Below the pieces are notes generated by a model. The model was not told the DNA's origin, did not search any database, and worked only from the letters and a program-made list of their open reading frames with translations. A DNA stretch of 64,000 nucleotides from Promethearchaeota archaeon (lineage in GTDB: Archaea > Asgardarchaeota > Lokiarchaeia > Sigyniarchaeales > SOKP01), in the NCBI GenBank assembly GCA_019057865.1, contig JAHLWP010000006.1:89955-153954 (forward strand), read 5' to 3'. The position numbers and the translations under genes are program-made. Of this stretch, positions 18,519 through 28,498 are shown in pieces. The first letter of the stretch is position 1; each line of letters opens with the position of its first letter.

Positions 18519-19355
18519 TCAATTTTTCGCTTTTAATAATTTATTCTCTATTAAGCTTATAATCATACCTAAAAGGATGGTTTCATAATAATTAAATGAA
18601 TATTTTGCTTTTTTTATTGTTATTATGTTAAGCTTCTTTTCTTTTTGATGATTGTATAGGCTTAATAATCGCTTTAAGTTTTTATTATTCAAAATAAAAA
18701 TTGATCTTTTACTAAATATTGTATATAATTGCGAATTTAGAGGAGAGGATTTGAATATATCATTATAATTCTTAATATTTTCATTATTTAACTTCGGATT
18801 AATTAATATCATACCACAATTTTTAGGATCAGTTAATATTGATGTGTAAGAGAGAGAGGATTTAGAATAATTTAACAATAGATAATTTAAATTAAATTCT
18901 GAGTCTATTTCTTTAAAAAAATCTATTACAGTTGAAATAAGGTGCCTTATATTATCTAAGAGTGCTTTATCAAACAGATTATTGTTTTTATCAAGCCTAA
19001 TTTTAAGCCTCAAGTTAATAACATTAAAACCATAACTACTTAACCCCTCTGTCAAAATATAAAGTATCCTTTTCTTGTAGTTTGTTCTTAGAATTATTAT
19101 TAATGGTTTTTTGTTAATCTCTTCTCTTAAAGAAAGATTTCTTGTTAAAGTCCATTTACTAGTAGATATTGATTGATTATTGATTTCTAATGGTGGTTTA
19201 CGATAAGAAATAAATTCTAATGCTTCATTGGAAAAAGAAAATCTCCAGCGATGAGTTAGCTTATATAACTTAACACCTAGTAATAATAAAATTAATAGGA
19301 CAATTATGATGGTATCAATAAATATCCAATCCAATTGAAAAATGTCATTTGACAT
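18519..19355 (-). CDS. Membrane-anchored hypothetical protein (degenerate alpha/beta-hydrolase-like)
   Basis: N-terminal TM helix; LSSYGFNVI and ILINP elements; no GxSxG nucleophile. Confidence 0.5.
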   Translation of the reverse strand: MSNDIFQLDWIFIDTIIIVLLILLLLGVKLYKLTHRWRFSFSNEALEFISYRKPPLEINNQSISTSKWTLTRNLSLREEINKKPLIIILRTNYKKRILYILTEGLSSYGFNVINLRLKIRLDKNNNLFDKALLDNIRHLISTVIDFFKEIDSEFNLNYLLLNYSKSSLSYTSILTDPKNCGMILINPKLNNENIKNYNDIFKSSPLNSQLYTIFSKRSIFILNNKNLKRLLSLYNHQKEKKLNIITIKKAKYSFNYYETILLGMIISLIENKLLKAKN

Positions 19356-19379
19356 AATTTTAAAAGTTTATAAATTAAA

Positions 19380-19694
19380 TCATTCTACAACTTCTCTAAT
19401 CCAATTTAAATAAGTTTCAGAACCCTTTTCTATTTTAAGGCCAATGCATTCTGGTTCTGAATAGGAATGAATTTCGTTAACTTTTCGAATTAATAGATCA
19501 CTTTTCTCTTCTACTGTTTTGATTAGTAGTAGATATTCATTGTCTTCTTCAATTTTTCCCTTCCATTTATATAGAGAAAAAATATCTTTTATTATATTGA
19601 CACAAGCAGCTAGTTTATTCTCAACTAAAATTCTTGCAATTCTTTGTCCTTCTTCAAAATTGGGCACGGTAACCAAGAATAGGTAAAAATTCAT
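19380..19694 (-). CDS. cutA: Divalent-cation tolerance protein CutA
   Basis: KLAACVN, YKWKGKI, HSYSEPEC and YLNWI motifs. Confidence 0.93.
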   Translation of the reverse strand: MNFYLFLVTVPNFEEGQRIARILVENKLAACVNIIKDIFSLYKWKGKIEEDNEYLLLIKTVEEKSDLLIRKVNEIHSYSEPECIGLKIEKGSETYLNWIREVVE

Positions 19695-19930
19695 TTTAAA
19701 TATTGCTTTTCTATAATTACTTATGAGTAATGAATTAATTAGGAATTAATTGTTTTTCTATTATTTATCTTTACATTTAATTATTAAAGAATTATGAAAT
19801 AAGATAAATGATAACTTCTTTTACTTATAAAGAAATTTAAATTAGTAAAGTATTATTAAATATACAATTAGAATATTTTTTAAAAATAATAATCAAGTGA
19901 AAAACTGAAAATAAGAGGTGAAATAACCGT

Positions 19931-20656
19931 TTGATTCACAATCTATACCTTATAGATCAAATATCGGGTATTTGCCTAATCCATCGGAAGTATGGGACGA
20001 TAGAATTTAATCAAGATTTAGTTAGTGGTTTTCTTACCGCCTTAAAGGATTTTAGCGTCGAATTCTCGAAGGGATCGGGGGAATTGAAGATAATTGATAT
20101 GAGAGTGTTCTATTTGCTGCTTGTTTTTCAGGAGGGAGTACTATGTACGGTAGCAGCGGATAAGAATGACGATGCTAAAATTGCGCATAAAGCATTAACA
20201 GAGATTATTAATAGATTTGCTAATAGATTTAGAGGTGAGCTTGACAATTGGTCGGGGGATGTCAGAATATTTCGAGATTTTGAAGGAATAATCGATGAGA
20301 TTTTACAGACTGGAAAAGTTGCTGAATTAAAGCTAAAGATTCCGATATTAAAGATATTTGAGAGGGATTTTCGCAAAACACAGAAGCAAATAGCTAAGAA
20401 AGGATTAGTGATTTCTGAAGAAGATTTGCGAGAGGTTACTGATAAGAAGCCAGAGTGGACATCGAACAGATTACCTAAACAAATAATTACTCAGGGATTC
20501 TTAGATAAGCAAGAATTCAAAATAGCTCACTTAGCGGATGGTTTCCATACATTGTCTGAGATTGCAGAAGAATCAGGGCGACCGGAGTCGGAGATACAGA
20601 GGATTATGGACAGTTTGGATGATTTAGAATTGCTCTCTTTTATAGAAATAAAATAA
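19931..20656 (+). CDS. Longin-domain protein with C-terminal winged helix
   Basis: IHNLYLI..SGICL...DLVSGFLTAL longin pattern; C-terminal ADGFHTLSEIAEES...LDDLELL helix-turn-helix. SD GAGGTG and TTG start. Confidence 0.75.
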   Translation: MIHNLYLIDQISGICLIHRKYGTIEFNQDLVSGFLTALKDFSVEFSKGSGELKIIDMRVFYLLLVFQEGVLCTVAADKNDDAKIAHKALTEIINRFANRFRGELDNWSGDVRIFRDFEGIIDEILQTGKVAELKLKIPILKIFERDFRKTQKQIAKKGLVISEEDLREVTDKKPEWTSNRLPKQIITQGFLDKQEFKIAHLADGFHTLSEIAEESGRPESEIQRIMDSLDDLELLSFIEIK

Positions 20657-20781
20657 GATATTAATCTATTTAATAAGGAAATCACATTCTATTTTTATCA
20701 ATTTACTGAATTCTTCATTTCACTAAATTTTCACTAAATTTTATAAAACTAAATCAAAAAGTTTTTGAAAATTTATTTCTT

Positions 20782-22266
20782 ATGAAATTTAAGATGAATG
20801 TTAATAAGATTGAAGAAAATATTTATGAAATAGCTCCTAAAACTTTAATGGTACGAATTCGAGGGAAAATTGAAAAATTTCAGATGAATGTACCAGTTCA
20901 TATATACGCTAATGATTATATTTTAGAAAAAATAAGATCAGATCGAACTTTAGATCAAATTACTAATGTTGCATGTTTATCTGGGATACAGAAGCACGCT
21001 ATTGCACTTTCAGATGCTCATCAAGGATATGGATTTTGTATTGGAGGAGTTGCAGGTACAGACGCAGAAGATGGTATGATTTCTCCTGGGGGTGTAGGTT
21101 ATGATATAAATTGTGGTGTAAGATTATTAAGATCTAATTTAATGCTTAATGATGTTCGAAATATACTTCCAAGTTTATTAAATACAATATTTAAAAATAT
21201 TCCTTCAGGATTAGGATCTAAAGGTAAATTAAATATTAGTTATTCAGATTTAGATAATGTTTTAAACGATGGAATGAATTGGGCTCTAGATAAAGGCTAT
21301 GCAAATGAAGAGGACCTTAAACATTGTGAAGAAGAGGGTTGTTTAATGGGTGCTGATGCCAAATTAATATCCCAAAAGGCTAAACAACGAGCAATTAAAC
21401 AGCTTGGATCATTAGGAAGTGGAAATCATTTTCTTGAGATTCAAAAAGTTGATGAAATCTATAACGAAAAGATCGCTAAAGAGCTAGGAATCATTAAGAA
21501 AAATCAGATCACTATTATGATACATACGGGAAGTAGAGCTTTAGGACATCAAGTTTGTACAGATTCCCTACGGAACATTGAACAGGCAATGCATAAATAT
21601 AATGTTAAGGTTCCAGATAGAGAATTAGCTTGTGTTCCAGCGAATACTCCTGAAGCAAAAAATTACTTGTCTAGTATGGCATGTGCGGCTAATTTTGGCT
21701 TTACTAACCGTCAATTAATTACTCATTGGATAAGAGAATCGTTTCAAAATTCATTTAAAAAAGATTTTGATGCATTAGATTTACATTTAATTTATGGTGT
21801 ATGTCATAATATTTTAAAGATAGAAGAACATGAAATTAATGGTAAAAAAATGAAATTGAACGTGCATCGAAAAGGGGCAACAAGAGCATTTCCCCCAGGA
21901 CATCCAGATTTATCTAATGATTATAAATCGATAGGACAACCTGTTTTAATTCCGGGAACGATGGGTTCTGCTTCATATTTATGTGTTGGTAAACCAAAAG
22001 CTATGGATCTCTCATTTGGTTCTACTGCTCATGGTTCTGGAAGAATGATGTCAAGAACAAAAGCTAAAAAAAAATATTGGGGTACACAAGTAAAAGAGGA
22101 CTTAGCAAAAAAAGGAATTTTAGTAAAAAGCGCTTCAATGAAGATATTAGCGGAAGAAGCGCCTGGAGCATATAAAGATATTGACCAAGTTGTACAAGTC
22201 AGTCATAATCTTGAAATTATTGAAAAGATTGTCAAACTAGTTCCTATAGGTGTAGTGAAGGGTTAA
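20782..22266 (+). CDS. rtcB: RNA-splicing ligase RtcB
   Basis: DAHQGYGF, GYDINCGVR, GNHFLE, HTGSR, HRKGAT, HGSGR and EEAPGAYK motifs. Confidence 0.97.
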   Translation: MKFKMNVNKIEENIYEIAPKTLMVRIRGKIEKFQMNVPVHIYANDYILEKIRSDRTLDQITNVACLSGIQKHAIALSDAHQGYGFCIGGVAGTDAEDGMISPGGVGYDINCGVRLLRSNLMLNDVRNILPSLLNTIFKNIPSGLGSKGKLNISYSDLDNVLNDGMNWALDKGYANEEDLKHCEEEGCLMGADAKLISQKAKQRAIKQLGSLGSGNHFLEIQKVDEIYNEKIAKELGIIKKNQITIMIHTGSRALGHQVCTDSLRNIEQAMHKYNVKVPDRELACVPANTPEAKNYLSSMACAANFGFTNRQLITHWIRESFQNSFKKDFDALDLHLIYGVCHNILKIEEHEINGKKMKLNVHRKGATRAFPPGHPDLSNDYKSIGQPVLIPGTMGSASYLCVGKPKAMDLSFGSTAHGSGRMMSRTKAKKKYWGTQVKEDLAKKGILVKSASMKILAEEAPGAYKDIDQVVQVSHNLEIIEKIVKLVPIGVVKG

Positions 22267-22281
22267 AATCTTTAATTTGAA

Positions 22282-22719
22282 TTAAATATCAAAAACAATA
22301 TTTATTTTGACTTTATTCTTTTTTTCTTCAATATCCATAAAAGAATATGTTATTGCTTTTACTTCTGTTCCAATTTTATGTTTTTTCTTATCAAATTTCT
22401 CTCCTTTTAAAAGTGCCTGTAATTTATATCTGTTTTTGCTTTTTTTAATTGTTTGTACTATTATATCACCAAATACTAAATCATAAACATCAAATAAATA
22501 AAGAAATTCAGAAAGGAAATCAAAGAGCAAGGCTTCTTTATCTTCTGCTTCAATTTGAATTTTTTTTTCTATTTTTGGTGAAATTTGGTCTAAATCTGGA
22601 GTAATAGTAGTCATTAAACTTAGAGCTGTTTGAGAAAAAGCCTCCTCTAAATTAGAACCCCAACTCTTGACACTCACATCTGCGGTATGATCTAGAAACT
22701 TAAAACCTACTTGTTTCAT
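22282..22719 (-). CDS. Archease, RtcB cofactor
   Basis: DHTAD, EVKAITY and terminal FDI motifs; convergent with rtcB. Confidence 0.95.
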   Translation of the reverse strand: MKQVGFKFLDHTADVSVKSWGSNLEEAFSQTALSLMTTITPDLDQISPKIEKKIQIEAEDKEALLFDFLSEFLYLFDVYDLVFGDIIVQTIKKSKNRYKLQALLKGEKFDKKKHKIGTEVKAITYSFMDIEEKKNKVKINIVFDI

Positions 22720-22834
22720 CTTTTATAAATAATATTTATGAATATCAATCAATAAACATTTTTATTTAATTATCTTCTTAGTTTTTAGAAAGATTTTTCT
22801 AGAAGTTTTTAAAACTATTCAGAGAAATCTTAAT

Positions 22835-23335
22835 ATGCTTTACACAATTCTCGATGATTTAATTTATTATCAAATTATCCATTTCCGTAAAAGATTTTCT
22901 AATAAAGAACTTCTACTTTTTAAGTATTTTCATGAAAGAACTAAAGTTTATCCCCAGAATGTTATCATAATAGGGAAATTTGTATTCTTTTTTGTTAGAA
23001 ATGAATATTATTTTAAAGCAAATAAGAATTTAAAATATATAAGAAGGCAGTTCCAAGATAAAAAACTAATAATAATTAGAGCAGAAAACACTTTAATTAA
23101 ATTATTAATAGGATTTTTCCCAGATCTTTACATACATAATATTGCGATAGAAATGAATGCATTCACGGGTAAAAAGTATATAGTAGTTGGAGTTCTTTCT
23201 TATCGCGAAAGAGCAATTGCTATCGGGTGTAAGGGAGATTATATTAAAGCTGTAAATAGATTATTAGAAAATTTCGTAATTTTTGAAAATAATGGTACTC
23301 CTATTAAAATAGTATGTAAGGTTGTTAGTTTATAA
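22835..23335 (+). CDS. Archaeal NusA-like KH-domain protein (divergent paralogue)
   Basis: FHERTKV, RAIAIGCKGDYIKAVNRLL. The first KH GxxG loop is absent. Confidence 0.65.
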   Translation: MLYTILDDLIYYQIIHFRKRFSNKELLLFKYFHERTKVYPQNVIIIGKFVFFFVRNEYYFKANKNLKYIRRQFQDKKLIIIRAENTLIKLLIGFFPDLYIHNIAIEMNAFTGKKYIVVGVLSYRERAIAIGCKGDYIKAVNRLLENFVIFENNGTPIKIVCKVVSL

Positions 23336-23343
23336 TCTCAATT

Positions 23344-24114
23344 TTACCACGGAACATCCTTCAAACCAATTACATAGGCGATAGTATTTGCTATAATGCT
23401 AACTGCCGGAGTTATTATGAGCAAAAAGATGATAATATGAATATCTGGTATTAAAAATAAGCGCGGTGAAATGAATCCTGGAACAGAAACAAAAAGTAAT
23501 GCCATTATGGCAAAATCTAACTGGTCTACAATCCAAAAAGGAGCTCCACTCTTAATATCAAATCTTCTTTTTAAAAAAGAACCAAATAAATCACCCAAAA
23601 CGGCACCATAGGAAGCTAATAAGATTCGGATTATTAACACTAAGAAATTTACAGGAATTTGTCCTCCTTTAAAATAGTATTCAAATATTTTTACATCATC
23701 ATAAAGAAGGTATTGTCCTTGAGCAGCAGCATCAACAATAACTTCTTTTATAGGAGCCCATATGATTGTAAAAAGTAGAAAAAGGAAAAAGGAAATTGGA
23801 ATGCCAATATATAAAGGTCCTTTTAAACCATTCCAAGTTTTATGATCTCCAAATATTCTCCTTCCATCGCGAAAAGTTCGTCCACCGTCAATGGGTTTAC
23901 CCCCACCAGTAATTACCATTGATGCGTTAGATATATAAGCAGGCACAATTAGTAATAAGCTAAATATTAAAAGTGCAATCCAATCTGCCCATTTAAACAA
24001 AACTGAAATTACAACATAATCTGCTAAAATTAAGAAGGCAAATAATAGTGCTAAAATTATTGCTATTTTTTTATTATTTTTCTCCGCTTCACTTAAAGTA
24101 TGATTAATAGACAA
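23344..24114 (-). CDS. carS: CDP-archaeol synthase
   Basis: PIDGG...DGRRIFGDHKTWNG, GDLFGSFLKRR and DQLDF motifs. Confidence 0.93.
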   Translation of the reverse strand: MSINHTLSEAEKNNKKIAIILALLFAFLILADYVVISVLFKWADWIALLIFSLLLIVPAYISNASMVITGGGKPIDGGRTFRDGRRIFGDHKTWNGLKGPLYIGIPISFFLFLLFTIIWAPIKEVIVDAAAQGQYLLYDDVKIFEYYFKGGQIPVNFLVLIIRILLASYGAVLGDLFGSFLKRRFDIKSGAPFWIVDQLDFAIMALLFVSVPGFISPRLFLIPDIHIIIFLLIITPAVSIIANTIAYVIGLKDVPW

Positions 24115-24446
24115 TTTAATATATAACCTTAATAAAAACGATTATTTTATTGGAATAATTGTGTATTTAATCAAATATTTAATTGAATTAAATATTTTTT
24201 AATGATTGGATGGTTAATAAGATCTTAATAAATATTGCTCAATAAATAATTATCCTTTAAAAGCCTGACAATAATATTATAAATTATTGAAAAGATTTAA
24301 CAAAAGCAGCTATTAAATCGTTAACATTTTTCTATTAATTTTAAGATTAATAATTAACTTTATAAATGCAATAGAAATAGTTCTTGTGTTAATTAATTTC
24401 GAATGGAAAAATTTTGATAAAAATTGTGAATCAATGGTGCCAATAA

Positions 24447-25754
24447 TTGTTGAAAAATCATAGTAATGATCATCAATTTAATATAGATAAATTTTACAAG
24501 AATTATCTTAAAGGACCCAGAATTTTTAATAATCGCGACGCATTGGAATCATCATATATTCCAGAAGAACTACCACACCGAGATATTCAAATAAAAGATA
24601 TTGCTGAAAAAACGGCATGTGCTTTATTAGGCGATACTCCTCCAAGTTTTTTATGTTATGGTATGACAGGAACTGGTAAAACTGCAACTATAAGATATGT
24701 GAGCCAAAAATTGGCACAGCAATGCTCAGAGCTAAAGCCTTGGTGGGTTTATATTAATTGTAATATTGTATCTACTCCTTATCGTATTTTAGCTCATATT
24801 TATAACACAATTTCACGAGAGGAGAAAATTCCACCTACTGGACTTCCAAAAGATATTATTTTCAAAAAACTACTAGGTTTACTAGACTCAAAAGTTGGGA
24901 ATTCAATCTGCTTCTTAGTATTAGACGAAATAGATATTTTAGTAAATAAAAAAGGCGGAAATGAAATTTTATATGATCTTACTAGATTAAATGAAAACTT
25001 AGATAAATGTAAAACAAGTCTTATTGGAATTTCTAATAAATTGAAGTTTAAAGAAAACCTAGATCCAAGAATATTATCAAGTTTAGGCGAAGAACATATA
25101 GTTTTTCCTTCTTATAATGCAAGTGAATTAAGAGACATTCTAAATAATAGAGCAAAAATAGCTTTTCTTGAAGGTGTGTTAAAGGAAGATGTTATACCTT
25201 TATGTGCAGCTTTTGCAGCTAAAGAACATGGAGATGCTAGAAAAGCTCTTCAATTGTTAAGAAAAGCAGGAGAATTGGCTGAGAGAAGCCAAAATAAAAT
25301 AATATCTTCAAAGTATGTTGAAAAAGCTCAAGCTGATTTAGAAAATGATTATATTATTGAATATATAAGAGGAATTCCATTACAGGCGCAAATAATCTTA
25401 ACAACAGTATATTTAATTTCTAAATTTAGTCCTGAGCATATTATTATATCTGGTGATATTTATGAAATTCATTCAGAAATAAAGAGATTAATTCCAAATA
25501 TTAGACAATTAACAAAAAGAAGAATAAGTGATTATATAAATGCATTAACTTTAGCTGGAATAATCTCTGCTGAAGTTAAGTCAATGGGTCATTATGGAAG
25601 AACTAAAATAATTAAACTAGATATTGAAATAAAATTATTAGAAAGTGTACTTTCTGAAATTGAAAAAATTAAGGGTATTTTAAATTATAAACCGATTTTA
25701 TTGCAATCAGATAAAGTTAAACTAAAGGATAATATTTTTAAAAAGTTGATTTAA
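24447..25754 (+). CDS. cdc6: Orc1/Cdc6 replication initiator
   Basis: LPHRD, GMTGTGKT, LDEID, HGDARKAL and winged-helix GHYGRT motifs. Confidence 0.95.
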   Translation: MLKNHSNDHQFNIDKFYKNYLKGPRIFNNRDALESSYIPEELPHRDIQIKDIAEKTACALLGDTPPSFLCYGMTGTGKTATIRYVSQKLAQQCSELKPWWVYINCNIVSTPYRILAHIYNTISREEKIPPTGLPKDIIFKKLLGLLDSKVGNSICFLVLDEIDILVNKKGGNEILYDLTRLNENLDKCKTSLIGISNKLKFKENLDPRILSSLGEEHIVFPSYNASELRDILNNRAKIAFLEGVLKEDVIPLCAAFAAKEHGDARKALQLLRKAGELAERSQNKIISSKYVEKAQADLENDYIIEYIRGIPLQAQIILTTVYLISKFSPEHIIISGDIYEIHSEIKRLIPNIRQLTKRRISDYINALTLAGIISAEVKSMGHYGRTKIIKLDIEIKLLESVLSEIEKIKGILNYKPILLQSDKVKLKDNIFKKLI

Positions 25755-26434
25755 GTGGAAAATTCCCATTTATCAATATTAGCAGCAATTTTTTTAAGGA
25801 AAATCTCAGTAGTATTCGAATTTTTTTCTTTTAAAAAGAGAAATAATTTAGCTATATGTTTACAGAATTTTTTGTTCTCTGCTCTTCTAGTTTCAAAATC
25901 GTGACAATTGTGACGTATAGTTTTATTATTAATATCTATCTCGATTATGTAAGATTCTTCTTTTGAGCCTAAAACATTAGCTTTAATTATTCCTTTGGAT
26001 AGATTAAACTCAACTAAATCAAACGCATTATTGGATATTGATGCTGCTCTATTTAACGTTCCTTTATCAAAGAAAGTTTTTATTATGACACTAAAATTAG
26101 TTGCAGCTCCAATATCAGTTTGCTTTTCTATTGTGGTTATTTTCTTAAACGAATGTATTTTCTCTAAAATTTCTTGTTTTCTTTTGTTTTGCCAATTTTT
26201 CAGTTTTTGCTTTAAAATATTTGATAATTTAAGATTATTATTTGCATCCTTTATCAATGATTTATTTTTAGTACATCCATTGATGAAATTTATAACCTTC
26301 TCTGGCGAAAAAAGGAATAATTCAAATGATAATTTATATAGAAGATCACTCTGCGAAATAAAAGGAAGATCTATTATTTTCCAAATATAAAGTAATAATT
26401 CGGTACTATTGTTGCGAGGAATTGTAAATTTCAT
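25751..26434 (-). CDS. Winged-helix + SWIM-type zinc finger protein
   Basis: HNCHDF...FCKH SWIM-like motif; N-terminal winged-helix-like region. Confidence 0.7.
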   Translation of the reverse strand: MKFTIPRNNSTELLLYIWKIIDLPFISQSDLLYKLSFELFLFSPEKVINFINGCTKNKSLIKDANNNLKLSNILKQKLKNWQNKRKQEILEKIHSFKKITTIEKQTDIGAATNFSVIIKTFFDKGTLNRAASISNNAFDLVEFNLSKGIIKANVLGSKEESYIIEIDINNKTIRHNCHDFETRRAENKKFCKHIAKLFLFLKEKNSNTTEIFLKKIAANIDKWEFST

Positions 26435-26467
26435 TAGAATTCAATTTCTTTTATGATATCATAATAG

Positions 26468-28255
26468 TTAATTATTATTTTTTAAGTTTAGTTCAATACT
26501 TTTAAAAGTATCAAGTTCAATAATAGGAACTATTCCAGGAGTTGGATTAATTCCAAAACTTTTCATAAAATCAGTTTGAGATTGAAAACAACCAGAGTTA
26601 ACTAAAGTAACATTCCTGTATTTACCAATTCCATTGATATGTACATGACCAGTATGAAATATTTCAGGAATTATATCAATTATTAACCAATCTTTATTAA
26701 TCGGTGCAATTTGTGTCTTTTTTCCATAAGTTGGAGCTAAATGCCTACATCTAAGTAATTCTTTCATTGTTTCAATAGGTTTATTGTTTTCAAGTTCTGG
26801 TATCAATACATTCAAATCAAGTATACTATCTCCGTGATATATTAATGTATTTACGTTATGAGTTTGAATAATAGAAGGATTTCCTATTGTTTTAAATCCA
26901 ATATTAATTAAATCTTCCACATATTTTTTAGGGACTGAAGGTCTAGGAATTGCATTCCTTACAGGTTCATGGTTTCCTGGACTATAAAATATTTCAATAT
27001 ATTCTGGAATTTCTGAAAATAATTCTGAAGCTTTTTTAAATTGATTATAAATGTCTGGTATTATAAGATCATCTCGTTGTGATGGATAAACTCCAATCCC
27101 GTCAACTAAATCTCCATTAATAATTATATATTTTATTTTTCCTGCAATTTCTCTTAAATTTTTATTCCCAATTTTACCATTCAGAAAATCTATGAATCTT
27201 TTTAATAATGATTCTTCAAATTCCCTGCTTCCAATATGAGTATCTGAAATTAAAGCAATTGATAATGGAACAGGTGCTTTATTTGGCTCGAAATCAGTTG
27301 GTATATCTATTTTTGCAACATATACACCATAAATTATGCCACTTTTACCTTTTTCTCTAGGATTATAAGTCCCTTCAACATATATTAACTGATCATTTAG
27401 AATTCTTTCAGCAATTTTCACATTATCTCGATTTTCAGAATCATTTTTGATTAGAACGTTAATTTGCCCAGTAAGATCTTCTAAAACTAAAAAAAAATTT
27501 CCATTTTTAGTTTTGCGGATTTTATTTACTATTCCCATAACTGATACTTCGACTTTATTAGATAATCTTAATATATTGTTAATATTATGTGCTGATGAAA
27601 CATCTGGTCTTTTTTTCATTAAAGTTCGTAGTTGATTAAATTTATCCACCGTAAGATCATAAAAATCTTTATACTCTCCGTTTGTATATAATTTTCCGGT
27701 TGGATCTTTTAAAATTTCATAGTTAGAATCATATTCTTTCGCAATTGGGTAAATTCCTAATGATGATTTTGTGCTTTCGAATGTTGTTTTTTTTTTCTTT
27801 TCAATAAATTTGGGGATTATTTTAGAGTAATCATGAGATATAGGTTCAATTTTAGGGACTTCTTGATTATTCTTAATTCCCTGAAGACTCTCAGTAATTT
27901 CTTTAATCTCTATTAATTTTTCACAAGTTTGGTATTTATTAAATTCGCTTGAAGATTTTATGCCACTAGATTCTTGCAAAGTTAAATTATCTTTATTTGG
28001 TAAAATTTTTGCCTTTAATAGTGTTCTTTTTAAAACATTTTGAATTTCTGTATTTGAAATTTTTTTTAAAATATTTTTGGTTAAATGACTATTAAAATTG
28101 GGAATAAAACTTGTATCTTTAATGATCTGATCAACACTTTTTATTGGATCATCTAAATTTAGGAAAAAATCCAATATAGGGGGACTGACATTTATCCCCG
28201 AATTAATTAATTTTCTTAAAATGATTTTTTTTGTATCTAAATTATCTACTTTCAA
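26468..28255 (-). CDS. polB: DNA polymerase D small (proofreading) subunit DP1
   Basis: OB fold (LEDLTG), SDTHIGS, GDLVDGIGVYP, PGNHE, RHLAPTYG, HTGHVH and NSGCFQ motifs. Confidence 0.95.
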   Translation of the reverse strand: MKVDNLDTKKIILRKLINSGINVSPPILDFFLNLDDPIKSVDQIIKDTSFIPNFNSHLTKNILKKISNTEIQNVLKRTLLKAKILPNKDNLTLQESSGIKSSSEFNKYQTCEKLIEIKEITESLQGIKNNQEVPKIEPISHDYSKIIPKFIEKKKKTTFESTKSSLGIYPIAKEYDSNYEILKDPTGKLYTNGEYKDFYDLTVDKFNQLRTLMKKRPDVSSAHNINNILRLSNKVEVSVMGIVNKIRKTKNGNFFLVLEDLTGQINVLIKNDSENRDNVKIAERILNDQLIYVEGTYNPREKGKSGIIYGVYVAKIDIPTDFEPNKAPVPLSIALISDTHIGSREFEESLLKRFIDFLNGKIGNKNLREIAGKIKYIIINGDLVDGIGVYPSQRDDLIIPDIYNQFKKASELFSEIPEYIEIFYSPGNHEPVRNAIPRPSVPKKYVEDLINIGFKTIGNPSIIQTHNVNTLIYHGDSILDLNVLIPELENNKPIETMKELLRCRHLAPTYGKKTQIAPINKDWLIIDIIPEIFHTGHVHINGIGKYRNVTLVNSGCFQSQTDFMKSFGINPTPGIVPIIELDTFKSIELNLKNNN

Positions 28256-28498
28256 TATTATACAGTTTAAGATTAAATTATTATAATTATTGAAGGATAA
28301 AATTAAATTATTTATTATTAAAGTAAAAACATTTTTACTTTTAATATAAAAAGACTGTGATAAATTAACATTCTCTATTAATTTATTAATGAAATAGTAG
28401 ATTAATAAATCAATTTAATTTAGTTCTTAAAAATATGTATTATAATACATTTTCTCTTTAGTTTTCTTTTGAAAAATTGTATTGGATTCTGATGCTAT

